From a virus, in the IMG/VR virus record IMGVR_UViG_3300025133_007837, positions 69,840 to 133,839 of that record: a stretch of DNA of 64,000 bases; one strand, 5' to 3'. Both the position numbers and the translations under genes were made by a program. The notes beneath the pieces were generated by a model, which did not search any database, was not told the DNA's origin, and saw only the letters and a program-made list of their open reading frames with translations. Of this stretch, positions 34,180 through 43,896 are shown piece after piece (position 1 is the stretch's first letter; each line of letters begins with the position of its first letter).

Positions 34180-35276
34180 ATGACCTGACATTAACCAATG
34201 AGCAAAAGTTTGCACTTACTTCAGTAAGAGACAGTTTCCTCGCAGGGGATGATGTCGATATATCCTTAATGCATCTGATACAAGATGTTGCGGGATTCAA
34301 AGGTAAAGACGGGAGAAGCAAAGAGGGTCGTGCTGTAAAATCATATTTAAGCGAGATAGACTTCAATGCAATACCAGCTAGCGAATATCAAAAAGTCGAT
34401 AAACCAGAACTATCAGAAGAACAAAAAGAGTTTCTAGGAAACCACAGAGGCACAATGAAATATGTTGAGATGTCTCGAATAATTTTTGGAGATGAGTCGT
34501 TGACAAGCCTAAGCGCCGAAACAAGGATGGTTACGGACTACTGCAAAAGTCTAGAGGGAGAAGACTTTGAGACTCCAGAAGAACAACAAGAGAGGTTTGA
34601 GTATAAACCCCCAAAGCATCCAGATAGAGTTTTAAGCAGGGTTAATAGATTTGTTCACGACAGCGGAATAGATAAAGATAAAATTACGCCTAGACAAAAA
34701 AAGAATTTAGAAAGGTTGATGGGCTACCTTCATACCTTTAGGTTTATTCATCAGATAAATAACTACGAACACGAAACAGAAAGAGAGTTATTTGAATCTT
34801 CGTTTGTTAGATATACCAATGACAAGCCGGACTTAACTCAAGAAGAAGTAGACCAGTATATAGTCTTGTCTGGAGAAGTGGTGATAGCGTCCAATATCCA
34901 AAGAAGGGTTGGGAGACTTCAGAGATTACTTGATGATACTGCCAACGACAACGAGGGAAGAAGGATATCAATGAGTTTAGTGGAGGCTATAAGCACGGCT
35001 ACAAACGAATATAACTCTTGTGTTAATAGACAGCATAAACTACTAAGCGACCTAAAACAAAAGAGAAGCGATAGGTTGAGTAAGCAAGTCCAAGACAATG
35101 CAAGTATATTGAATCTTGTTGAGACTTGGAAAGAAGAAGAAAGCCGAAGAGAATTAATAAAGATGGCAGAGCTAAGAAAGGGTACTATTAAAGACGAGGT
35201 GGAGAAGCTAGTAACTATGGACGATGTCAAGGCTAGAATATTTGGATTATCAGAAGAGGAGGCTTTAAATGGATAA
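34176..35276 (+). CDS. conserved hypothetical protein (possible terminase small subunit-like)
   Basis: Long coupled ORF with C-terminal coiled coil, upstream of nuclease and terminase; function inferred from position only. Confidence 0.6.
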   Translation: MNDLTLTNEQKFALTSVRDSFLAGDDVDISLMHLIQDVAGFKGKDGRSKEGRAVKSYLSEIDFNAIPASEYQKVDKPELSEEQKEFLGNHRGTMKYVEMSRIIFGDESLTSLSAETRMVTDYCKSLEGEDFETPEEQQERFEYKPPKHPDRVLSRVNRFVHDSGIDKDKITPRQKKNLERLMGYLHTFRFIHQINNYEHETERELFESSFVRYTNDKPDLTQEEVDQYIVLSGEVVIASNIQRRVGRLQRLLDDTANDNEGRRISMSLVEAISTATNEYNSCVNRQHKLLSDLKQKRSDRLSKQVQDNASILNLVETWKEEESRRELIKMAELRKGTIKDEVEKLVTMDDVKARIFGLSEEEALNG

Positions 35277-36225
35277 GTCTCTAAGTGAATGTATGAAAAT
35301 GGAGTTTGTCTGTAAAATAGACGGAAAAAAATTCGAAACAGAAAAACAGCTCCATATGTATCTCAGAAAGTATAAGATGCGTATGGCTGAGTATTATCAA
35401 AAGTATTATCCTAGGAGAGATTTACTTACTGGAGATTTAATTAAATTCAAAAATAAAAGTCATTATTTTTCTAATTATTTTAATTCAAGACCTAACATGA
35501 AGAAATACCTCGAGTCGGCCTCTGAAGAAGACGCTAGAAAATTTTGTGTTCAAGTAATCAAAGACAGGATAATGAGAAGGAAAATTAAGTATTCTCCTAC
35601 TCAAGTTGAAATGAGGTCTTCCATGATGCCGCCTATTTTTTATTATCAAAAGCTGTTTGGTAATTACTACGATCTTTGTTATGAGCTTGGACTATTAAAA
35701 AGATTTAAAAGAGTTCCTAAAAATAAAATCAAAGAAAGTATAGAAGAAGGCTATGAAATCATTGTTGATACAAGAGAGCAAAAGCCATTAAATATAAACT
35801 ACGGCACAAGAAGAGAGGGTCTGAAATTTGCGGATTATTGGCTCGATAAAGAGAACAATAAGTGCTTCGTAGAAAGAAAAGAGACGAAAGACTTTATAGG
35901 TACTTTTACTGGCGGTTGCGAAAGATTTTCTAGAGAGCTAGGGAGAGCAAAAGAGCAGGGCGCTTATGTCGTAGTAGTTGTTGAAAACTCTTTAGATAAC
36001 ATGATGAAATTTAATTACCTAAAGTATATCACAAAGAAGGTTCAGGTAACCCCAGAGTATGTGATGAGAAATGTTCGAGACATAATACAAAATCATGACA
36101 ACGTACAGTTCTTATTTGCAAAAGGAAGAACAGAAGCTACTAGGTTAACTAGGAAGCTTTTCTTTTGTGGTCAAAACTATAAAAATGTAGATCTACAGCT
36201 AGCTTATGATCTTAATCTATTGTAA
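35269..36225 (+). CDS. ERCC4/XPF-family nuclease with N-terminal zinc-finger-like region
   Basis: IIVDTREQKP, ADY, VERKE..DF, RF.REL.RA. Confidence 0.75.
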   Translation: MDKSLSECMKMEFVCKIDGKKFETEKQLHMYLRKYKMRMAEYYQKYYPRRDLLTGDLIKFKNKSHYFSNYFNSRPNMKKYLESASEEDARKFCVQVIKDRIMRRKIKYSPTQVEMRSSMMPPIFYYQKLFGNYYDLCYELGLLKRFKRVPKNKIKESIEEGYEIIVDTREQKPLNINYGTRREGLKFADYWLDKENNKCFVERKETKDFIGTFTGGCERFSRELGRAKEQGAYVVVVVENSLDNMMKFNYLKYITKKVQVTPEYVMRNVRDIIQNHDNVQFLFAKGRTEATRLTRKLFFCGQNYKNVDLQLAYDLNLL

Positions 36226-38078
36226 TGTGGTCATCTCCTGCAAAATACAAAAAAGAAATCGAAGATGTTAATGCTAAATTAGCAAAGCTGGAAGGATCTC
36301 TAGAAGACAAACAAGCACGCAGTACCCTAGCTGAATTTTTAAGAAATAATTTATATTTTACTACGTATCTTTTAAGTGGTATAAAGTTAGCGCCTTACCA
36401 AGAAATAACTTTAAGAGCCTTATTTAATAGAAATTTTAGTATGTGCGTATGGGGTCGAGGATGTGGCAAAAGCTTCATAGCTTCAATATTTTGTTTTTTG
36501 CAATGTATATTTGAACCCAATACAAAGATACTAATAGCTGGCCCAACATTTCGTACTGCAAGATTTATTTTCAATAACATAGAAAAGATAGTAGAGACAA
36601 AAGAAGCCGCTCTTTTGGCTCAAGCCTTCGGAGCCAAGGTAAAAAGAAACGACCAGTATGAGTGGAGAATAAACGGAGGCACTATAACAGCCATCCCTTT
36701 AAGCGGAGAAAAGATTCGTGGTTTCCGCGCTAACATACTTGTACTTGACGAGTATCTTTTGTTGCCGGAAGACATAATCAAAAACGTACTCATGCCATTT
36801 CTCGTTGCCCCTCAAGACATGAAGAGAAGGATGGAAATCAAAGAGATCGAAGATGGCTTAATTAAGGAGGGCGTAATCAAAGAAGAAGATAGGACTAAGT
36901 TTGAAAATAAGTCTAAAATGATAGCGCTGTCTTCAGCTAGCTATACTTTTGAGAATCTTTACAAGACCTACCAAGAATGGATTGGGAAAATACAATCAGA
37001 CGAACAAGAAGGAGACGCTAAATACTTTGTATCTCAAATGGGGTATGAGGCTTTACCAAGGGAGATGATAGACAAGACTATCATTGACGAAGCCCAAGAA
37101 GGAGGGTCTTCCCACTTTTCGTTCCAGCGAGAATATTGCGCTCAGTTTACAGATGGAAGTGATAGCTACTTTAGCGCAAAGAAGATGGAGATGTGCACTT
37201 TGAAAAGTGATGAAGAACCATCTACTCTTATGGTCGGCAGAACAGGTAGGCGTTATGTAATGGGAATTGACCCCAATATGAGCGATAGTCCTACGGCCGA
37301 CTACTTTGCTATGTCTGTCATAGAGATAGACGACGATACGGGTCAAGGTACCTTAGTGCATACTTATGCGGGACTTGGAAGCCTAAACAAACATGTAAAA
37401 TATTTAGCTTATTTACTTCAGGCTTTTAATATTGTTTTTATATGTCTTGATAATGCTGGATCCGATACCTATTTAGATAGCTGTAATGAATCTCAATTCT
37501 TTAAAGATGCTAGAATAAATTTAAAAACCATACCCTTAAACTCAGACGCAGAAGGAATAGAATATCAAAAAACTTTGAGACAAGCTAAACAAAAATACAA
37601 TCAAGAAAACCATCAAATTTGTTTTAATCAAGTATTTACTAGTAATTTCATACGTAGAGCTAATGAACACCTACAGGCCTGTATAGACTATAAAAAAATT
37701 TGGTTCGCTTCTAGGACGGCTTCAAATGAATTATTTTTTAATAGAACTAGTTCTATAAGATTACCCTATCCTAAAAAATTAGTATTTATTGATGACCGAA
37801 AAGAATGGTCTATGCTTGACTTTATTGAGCATCAAGATGATATGATTTACCAAACTAAGAAACAATGCAGTTTAGTAGAACATAAGGCAACCGCAAGGGG
37901 GTCTCAGAATTTTGACCTACCTCAGCACCTAAAAAGGTCCACTTCTGTAAACAAAGCAAGAAAAGATAATTATTCCTCATTAATGTTGGCAAATTGGGGT
38001 CTTAAACTTTATAACGACATAAATAAGGTCGAAATCGACACTAACAAGGAAACTTTCGAGCCTATTATGCTTTTTTAA
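36225..38078 (+). CDS. terL: terminase large subunit
   Basis: Walker A GRGCGKS, IRGFRA, Walker B LVLDE, FQREY.AQF, nuclease GIDP and KDNYS. Confidence 0.92.
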   Translation: MWSSPAKYKKEIEDVNAKLAKLEGSLEDKQARSTLAEFLRNNLYFTTYLLSGIKLAPYQEITLRALFNRNFSMCVWGRGCGKSFIASIFCFLQCIFEPNTKILIAGPTFRTARFIFNNIEKIVETKEAALLAQAFGAKVKRNDQYEWRINGGTITAIPLSGEKIRGFRANILVLDEYLLLPEDIIKNVLMPFLVAPQDMKRRMEIKEIEDGLIKEGVIKEEDRTKFENKSKMIALSSASYTFENLYKTYQEWIGKIQSDEQEGDAKYFVSQMGYEALPREMIDKTIIDEAQEGGSSHFSFQREYCAQFTDGSDSYFSAKKMEMCTLKSDEEPSTLMVGRTGRRYVMGIDPNMSDSPTADYFAMSVIEIDDDTGQGTLVHTYAGLGSLNKHVKYLAYLLQAFNIVFICLDNAGSDTYLDSCNESQFFKDARINLKTIPLNSDAEGIEYQKTLRQAKQKYNQENHQICFNQVFTSNFIRRANEHLQACIDYKKIWFASRTASNELFFNRTSSIRLPYPKKLVFIDDRKEWSMLDFIEHQDDMIYQTKKQCSLVEHKATARGSQNFDLPQHLKRSTSVNKARKDNYSSLMLANWGLKLYNDINKVEIDTNKETFEPIMLF

Positions 38079-38104
38079 GTGTAAATAAAGTCGAATAAGT
38101 TTTT

Positions 38105-39238
38105 ATGGCAAGCACAATTAGAACTGGTCAGGTAGATGAGAGTAGCTTCCTTAAGCTATTCAACACGAAACTTTCTGGTAGCGCCACAAACAAATCTGGC
38201 TTTTATACACATGATAATACTTCTGGCTTTGTCGCTTTTTCACAGGGCGGACCAAAGTCTATGACCGGTTATAGTGGCGATATCATGAGTAGGACTTCTG
38301 GCTTAACCACTGCTGTTTCTGGGGCTCTAGATTCATCTGGATTATTTCTTAAGACTAAATCTGATGATGTCTCTGGTCATGCGGAGAGCTTTGCAACTGG
38401 AGCGAGCGGCTATCTTTCTGGGCAAATAACTAATGTTTCGGGTCAGTTTGCTGACACTAGTGGCGAGTTTCTAAAATCTGGAAGTTCGTACCATACTGGT
38501 TCAGGAGATTTTTCCGTAAATGCGCCGAGCGGAGCCTTAGCTTTTTCCTCGGGGCATAATGACACGTTTGGTTTTTTTATTGCGACTGGAGATACATCAG
38601 TCAAAGCAGGATGGATGAAAGTCCCCGGTCAAGCCGAAGTTACTGGCATAGTGTCAAATTCTAGCGGTGATTTAAAAACAAGCCTAGAAGCAACAGGGGC
38701 TAATGTTAGCGGCGCGATTGATAATGTATTGGCAGACACTTCTACCAAGTTCACGGCTAAAAAAACTTTTAACGCAGGTCTTAAGGCAAACCTTGTGGAC
38801 TTCGATGGAGTTACAGCGAGAGTTAACGCGAATAAGTCTTTAACTTTTGATGACGCAAGCGGGGCTCTCTTGACCTTGTCTCCGGGATATGGGCCTGATG
38901 CTCCGGTGTTTTCTGTTACTGACAAAGCTGGTTTGCCGTTGATGGATATATTTGATGACGACAGAATAAAACTAGGTCCTTACGGCACCAACCCCTTAAA
39001 TGTTAGTGGAGAAAAAGTTTGTTTGGGCAACTACAGATCTTATTTTAGCGGATCAAACGTGCATTTAAGCGGAGATGTGACGGTAAACGACCTATTGACT
39101 ATAAGTGGTATATCTGGAGGGTATGCTATATTTAATAATTTGCCAGTACATCCTAACACAGGAGGGATGCCTAATGGAGCTTTGTTTATAAGTGGCAACA
39201 ACACTGCCGGAAAAGGCAGAACTTTGATGGTGGTTTAA
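38105..39238 (+). CDS. putative virion structural protein (SG/TG-rich)
   Basis: Between terL and portal; beta-rich; many SG dipeptides. Confidence 0.65.
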   Translation: MASTIRTGQVDESSFLKLFNTKLSGSATNKSGFYTHDNTSGFVAFSQGGPKSMTGYSGDIMSRTSGLTTAVSGALDSSGLFLKTKSDDVSGHAESFATGASGYLSGQITNVSGQFADTSGEFLKSGSSYHTGSGDFSVNAPSGALAFSSGHNDTFGFFIATGDTSVKAGWMKVPGQAEVTGIVSNSSGDLKTSLEATGANVSGAIDNVLADTSTKFTAKKTFNAGLKANLVDFDGVTARVNANKSLTFDDASGALLTLSPGYGPDAPVFSVTDKAGLPLMDIFDDDRIKLGPYGTNPLNVSGEKVCLGNYRSYFSGSNVHLSGDVTVNDLLTISGISGGYAIFNNLPVHPNTGGMPNGALFISGNNTAGKGRTLMVV

Positions 39239-39239
39239 A

Positions 39240-41159
39240 ATGACAAGAAAAAAAACAACAAGTAAAAAAGAAGAAGAAATTCAGCCAATGATGAGCAGTT
39301 TCGCGGCATCACCTTATACCACCTTAGACAACCAATCGACAAGACAGCGCAGGAACGTAGGTGGACAAATAGATAGGACGAACAGGTTTGAAAATATTGA
39401 TAATGGACTAGTCCCCTATAAGTACACAAAAGGCGTTAATAATAAAAGTTCTCTTGATGTTAGAGATGTGGTAATTCTTTGTCAAAAAGCCTATTATAAT
39501 TTTGCGGTATTTAGAAATGTTATTGATTTAATGACAGAGTTTTCTTCGACGAATCTTTACTTCACGGGTGGCAGTAAGAAGTCAAGAGATTTTTTGGATG
39601 CTCTTTTTAAGAAAATTGATATACAAAGTTTCCTAGATAGATTTTTTAGAGAATACTATAGATCAGGAAACGTTTTTATTCATAGATTCGACACTAAGAT
39701 TCAACCAGAGGATTTAAAAAGAATTACCCAAACTTATGGTGGCGGGAAATTAAGCTCCTTAGGGTACGGAGAGGACAGCAAGCTTCCTTCTAGATATATT
39801 ATATTAAATCCAGCCGATATTCAAATGGGAGGTAATATATCATTCTTTTCTGGAATGTATTATAAAACACTAACGGACTACGAACTAGAAAGAATCAAAA
39901 ATCCAAAAACAGAGGAAGATAAGCAAGTCTATGATGCCTTAGACCCAGAGACAAAGAAAGCTTTAAAAAGCAGGAATATAGGGATTATTTCCCTTAGGTT
40001 AGACCCAGATAAAGTTACTCCTGTGTTTTACAAGAAGCAAGACTATGAACCATTTTCTGTTCCATTGGGATTTCCAGTTCTAGAAGATATCAACTGGAAG
40101 TCTGAAATGAAGAAAATGGATATGGCATTAACAAGAACCACCAACCAAGCGATACTACTTATCACAATGGGGTCCGAGCTGAAAGACGGCAGCCTAAATA
40201 TAAATCAGAGAAGTATAGAGACAATGCAAAAGCTTTTCGAAAATCAATCTGTTGGAAAGGTTCTTGTTTCAGACTACACTACCAAAGCTCAATTTGTTAT
40301 TCCAGATATAGCTGGCATCTTGGATCCTAAAAAGTACAGTGTTGTAAATCAAGATATTCAAATGGGGCTTAACAACATTTTGGTTGGCGAGGATAAGTTC
40401 GCTAATACAAGCATTAAAATTCAGGTATTTATCGAAAGGCTAAAGCAGGGAAGAGACGCTTTCATAAATCAATTCCTTTGTCATGAAATAAAGAGGATTT
40501 GCAAATCTTTGGGTTTTAAAAATTATCCAAAGGCAAATTTCCAAGAGATAGAGCTTAAAGACAAGACTACTTGGAACAGGGTCGTTGCTCAACTTATTCA
40601 ATATGGTATTCTTACCGCAGAGGAAGGTTTGGAGGCGATTAGCTCTGGCAGGCTCCCAGAACCCGAAGAGTCTGTCGAGTCACAGAAAAAATTCAGAGAG
40701 CTCAAAGAACAAGGCTACTATTCTCCTCTACTTGGTGGAGGAGGAGATAATCAATCAGAGAAAGAGGGAGCAGGTAGACCTAGCGGAACACCTTCACCAC
40801 AGACCACAAAGAAGGTTACCCCTATAGGGGAGAAGACCTCCGGTTCCCAAAAATTTAGCGTAGAAAAAATTAAAGAAAATTTGACGCTAGCCGAAAAGCT
40901 AGAAACAGAGATTCAGGAAAAACTCAAATTGAAATATGAGAACAAAAGAGTAACTAACAAAATTAGAAGTCTATCTTCTGAATTGAGTAAAATAGTTATG
41001 GCCAATGAATCTTCTGATAAATGGCTAGAGAAAGTTAGTGAATATATTAATAACCCAACAGATACTAACGAAAAAGCTATAAAAGAAATACAAAGTATAG
41101 CTTTGGAGCATCAAGTGGATGAGTATCTAGCAGGTTTATTGTATGCAAGTAAGGTTTAA
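39240..41159 (+). CDS. portal protein
   Basis: 639 aa after terminase; FRNVIDLMTEFS, REYYRSGNVF, K.QDYEPF..P patterns. Confidence 0.75.
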   Translation: MTRKKTTSKKEEEIQPMMSSFAASPYTTLDNQSTRQRRNVGGQIDRTNRFENIDNGLVPYKYTKGVNNKSSLDVRDVVILCQKAYYNFAVFRNVIDLMTEFSSTNLYFTGGSKKSRDFLDALFKKIDIQSFLDRFFREYYRSGNVFIHRFDTKIQPEDLKRITQTYGGGKLSSLGYGEDSKLPSRYIILNPADIQMGGNISFFSGMYYKTLTDYELERIKNPKTEEDKQVYDALDPETKKALKSRNIGIISLRLDPDKVTPVFYKKQDYEPFSVPLGFPVLEDINWKSEMKKMDMALTRTTNQAILLITMGSELKDGSLNINQRSIETMQKLFENQSVGKVLVSDYTTKAQFVIPDIAGILDPKKYSVVNQDIQMGLNNILVGEDKFANTSIKIQVFIERLKQGRDAFINQFLCHEIKRICKSLGFKNYPKANFQEIELKDKTTWNRVVAQLIQYGILTAEEGLEAISSGRLPEPEESVESQKKFRELKEQGYYSPLLGGGGDNQSEKEGAGRPSGTPSPQTTKKVTPIGEKTSGSQKFSVEKIKENLTLAEKLETEIQEKLKLKYENKRVTNKIRSLSSELSKIVMANESSDKWLEKVSEYINNPTDTNEKAIKEIQSIALEHQVDEYLAGLLYASKV

Positions 41160-41162
41160 AAT

Positions 41163-42353
41163 ATGAGCGAAAATCAAGAAAATATCCAAGATGTTAATCA
41201 GTACTTCGGTGCTGAAGGAATAGATGTTATGGTCCCGGACATTCCGTTGCCGCCAGAGCCAGAAGAGAAAAAAGAAGTAAAAGATGAAGTAGAGGGAGCG
41301 TTTAAATTTGCTTTCGTTGGTGCCGGGCAAGGCGGTTCTAGGATCGCAGAGAGTTTCCATAAGCTAGGCTATAGGAAAATTGGCGTTATAAATACAGCTC
41401 AGCAAGACCTTAATTCTATTAACGTGGAAAATAAGCTTTGTATTGGCTCGGGTGGAGCTGGAAAAGATAGAGCTGTCGCAGCTAAGTGCTTCGAGGAGAA
41501 GAGGGATGACGTTTTAGATTTCATGCGTCGCTCTTTTGGAGAAGATGTAGATAGAATTTTTGTTTGTGCAGGTGCTGGCGGAGGTTCCGGCGCAGGAACT
41601 CTTGTACCTCTTGTTAAAACCGCTCAAGAATTACAAGAGACAGTGAAATCTGGATCCAAAAAAGTTGGTGTCATACTAGCCCTACCTAAATACTCAGAGG
41701 GAAGAAAGGTTAACTCTAATGCTTACGAGACTCTAAAAGAGGCTTGCGCTTTAGTGGATCAAGGAATAGTATCACCTCTAGTTATTATTGATAATGAGAA
41801 GACTAGCAAGCTTTATTCAAATGTCTCTGTTTCTAATTTTTGGCAGACAGCTAATATGAGCACGGCTGGCGTATTTCACTTGTTTAATATGACGGCTTCT
41901 AGAGACAGCTCGTACTCATCTTTTGATTCTAGTGACTATAAAAGTGTTTTGGATTCCGGTATTACTATCTTTGGTGCTACGCCGGTTCCTCAATGGGATG
42001 ACCCAGTAAGCATTTCAAGGGCTGTTAGGGGCATAGCTCAAAGTGGCAGTATGTCTGGTGGCATTGATATATCCACAGCAAACGTTGCTGGAGCCATACT
42101 TATTGGAGGTAAAGAGGTTCTGGACAAGATCCCTCAATCTAATCTTGACCAAGCCTTTGATCAGTTGAGCAGAATATTAAGGTCTGGGAGTATGGTGCAT
42201 AGAGGTATATATAGTGGGGACAAAGACAACCTTACGGTATTCACCACTATCGGGGGAATAGCTACTCCTCAAGAAAAATTAAACGAGCTAATGAAACTTG
42301 GGGATTTGACCAACCAAACAGATCCACAGGAGGACACACCGGATAAAGCTTAG
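41163..42353 (+). CDS. tubulin/FtsZ-family GTPase (PhuZ/TubZ/CetZ-like)
   Basis: VGAGQGGSRIA, INT, GAGKD, signature GAGGGSGAG, LP..SEG, IIDN, FD.SDY. Confidence 0.9.
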   Translation: MSENQENIQDVNQYFGAEGIDVMVPDIPLPPEPEEKKEVKDEVEGAFKFAFVGAGQGGSRIAESFHKLGYRKIGVINTAQQDLNSINVENKLCIGSGGAGKDRAVAAKCFEEKRDDVLDFMRRSFGEDVDRIFVCAGAGGGSGAGTLVPLVKTAQELQETVKSGSKKVGVILALPKYSEGRKVNSNAYETLKEACALVDQGIVSPLVIIDNEKTSKLYSNVSVSNFWQTANMSTAGVFHLFNMTASRDSSYSSFDSSDYKSVLDSGITIFGATPVPQWDDPVSISRAVRGIAQSGSMSGGIDISTANVAGAILIGGKEVLDKIPQSNLDQAFDQLSRILRSGSMVHRGIYSGDKDNLTVFTTIGGIATPQEKLNELMKLGDLTNQTDPQEDTPDKA

Positions 42354-42421
42354 CAAAAAATAAAATTTCCAAAAATAGAAAAAACAATGTAATTGATTGT
42401 ATATAATAGGAGAAATTTACA

Positions 42422-43021
42422 ATGGCAAACAAAGATAATACGTTCATTTTAACAACCGCCAAGAGCAAGCTATCTAACTTAACTAGTGGTGACGGAAACC
42501 ACGGAATAAAATATCTGATTGGTGATAGCGTAGTGGGACCGCACGAGACTTTTGTGGGTGGTCCAACTGGTATCGTGATCCCAATCACAACTGAGGCTAT
42601 TGCTGCTGCAGATGTGGATCCAACCCAGACCCACGCATCTACAAATACTTTGGGAGACCCAGCTGTCTCTGAGTACGCTTTAACATCCGGAGATCTTATA
42701 GCTTCCGCGGGTGCCGCTGGAGCAAGAGAGAAAAACGGTGGAGCTCAAAAATTTATTAACGCTGTTCTTGATGGTGCGTACAGAGGCTATACTTCCGGTG
42801 TAGCCCAAAGCAGTGGCTTAAATTCCATGACGGTTACTAGAGGCTCTTTGAGTTTGTCTAGTACGGCCATTAATGATGGAACAGGCATTGTTAACACCTA
42901 TACAAGATCTTATACTGTAAACTTTAAGTATTATCAATCTGGTACAATCAACGCCTCTGGCTCGTTTGATCCGGCAACTACGGATATCGCTAACGATGCT
43001 TCCAACGGCGTACCGTTCTAA
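42422..43021 (+). CDS. putative virion protein
   Basis: Strong SD (AGGAGA), own terminator, within the structural cluster. Confidence 0.6.
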   Translation: MANKDNTFILTTAKSKLSNLTSGDGNHGIKYLIGDSVVGPHETFVGGPTGIVIPITTEAIAAADVDPTQTHASTNTLGDPAVSEYALTSGDLIASAGAAGAREKNGGAQKFINAVLDGAYRGYTSGVAQSSGLNSMTVTRGSLSLSSTAINDGTGIVNTYTRSYTVNFKYYQSGTINASGSFDPATTDIANDASNGVPF

Positions 43022-43047
43022 GAAGTAAGGTTTGCATTTCCCTATTT

Positions 43048-43079
43048 AAAGACCCCTCATTTATTTGAGGGGTTTTTTT
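43048..43079 (+). terminator. Rho-independent terminator
   Basis: GACCCCTCA/TGAGGGGTT stem followed by a T-tract. Confidence 0.85.
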
Positions 43080-43132
43080 ATTTTTTTTATAAGTTTTTTA
43101 AAAATAAGTGTATAAACTTTTAGGTAAACTTA

Positions 43133-43585
43133 ATGGAATCCATTCGTAAAATGATGTCGCTTGATGTAGAGTACTCTTATGGTAAAAAATTTGCTCCAGT
43201 TTCTGGAGAAAAAGACGCGGCTTTAGAATTCTCTAGTAGGGTCATGCAGCTCTTAACTAGTAAAGCAAATCAGCATAACTACACAAACGAAGAACAAGTT
43301 ACCTCTGAGGGATTAAAGGAAATTTTTGTAGACAATCTTTCTGAATCTTTACAAATTACTCAAGCTTTGGCTAATGTGAATGTCTTTCTGAACATCTGCT
43401 CTGCTGGACTTGTGGATGATGGGGATCATTTCGAACCTTCTATGGAGGAAATAAAAGAAGCCGAAAGGGAAGTAAAAAGGCACGGCTTGGCAAGTTATGA
43501 CTTCAGAGACGTAGATGATTTATATTTTCAAAGTGACGAGCAAGCCAGATCAGAAGCGAAAGACTGGTTAAATAGTGTAATTTAA
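43133..43585 (+). CDS. hypothetical protein (head cluster)
   Basis: ORF after a GTGTA motif. Confidence 0.65.
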   Translation: MESIRKMMSLDVEYSYGKKFAPVSGEKDAALEFSSRVMQLLTSKANQHNYTNEEQVTSEGLKEIFVDNLSESLQITQALANVNVFLNICSAGLVDDGDHFEPSMEEIKEAEREVKRHGLASYDFRDVDDLYFQSDEQARSEAKDWLNSVI

Positions 43586-43602
43586 AAAAAGGACAACTTA
43601 AA

Positions 43603-43896
43603 ATGGCCAGATCAACAAATTCACAACAGACGCAGGGAGTGCCTTCTGTATCAAGAACGGCTAATAAAGCAGGAGCCGGTGCTGTGGTCGCAGCAAGCAG
43701 TGGGGATACCGTCGTAATCACAGACATATTAGCTTCAGCGGCTACTACTATTAGTACCTTGGCGGCAGGGGGAGGTACTATTATAGCTTATGTTCCGGCT
43801 GGATCGACAAGTTTAAACCAAGGCATTCCAGTACCAACTAGTTCCGGCGTTTTCAGTAGTGCTGGTAACGTAACAGTGAACTATTATATAACCTGA
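43603..43896 (+). CDS. small putative virion protein
   Basis: Ala/Ser/Thr-rich, beta-type composition. Confidence 0.6.
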   Translation: MARSTNSQQTQGVPSVSRTANKAGAGAVVAASSGDTVVITDILASAATTISTLAAGGGTIIAYVPAGSTSLNQGIPVPTSSGVFSSAGNVTVNYYIT

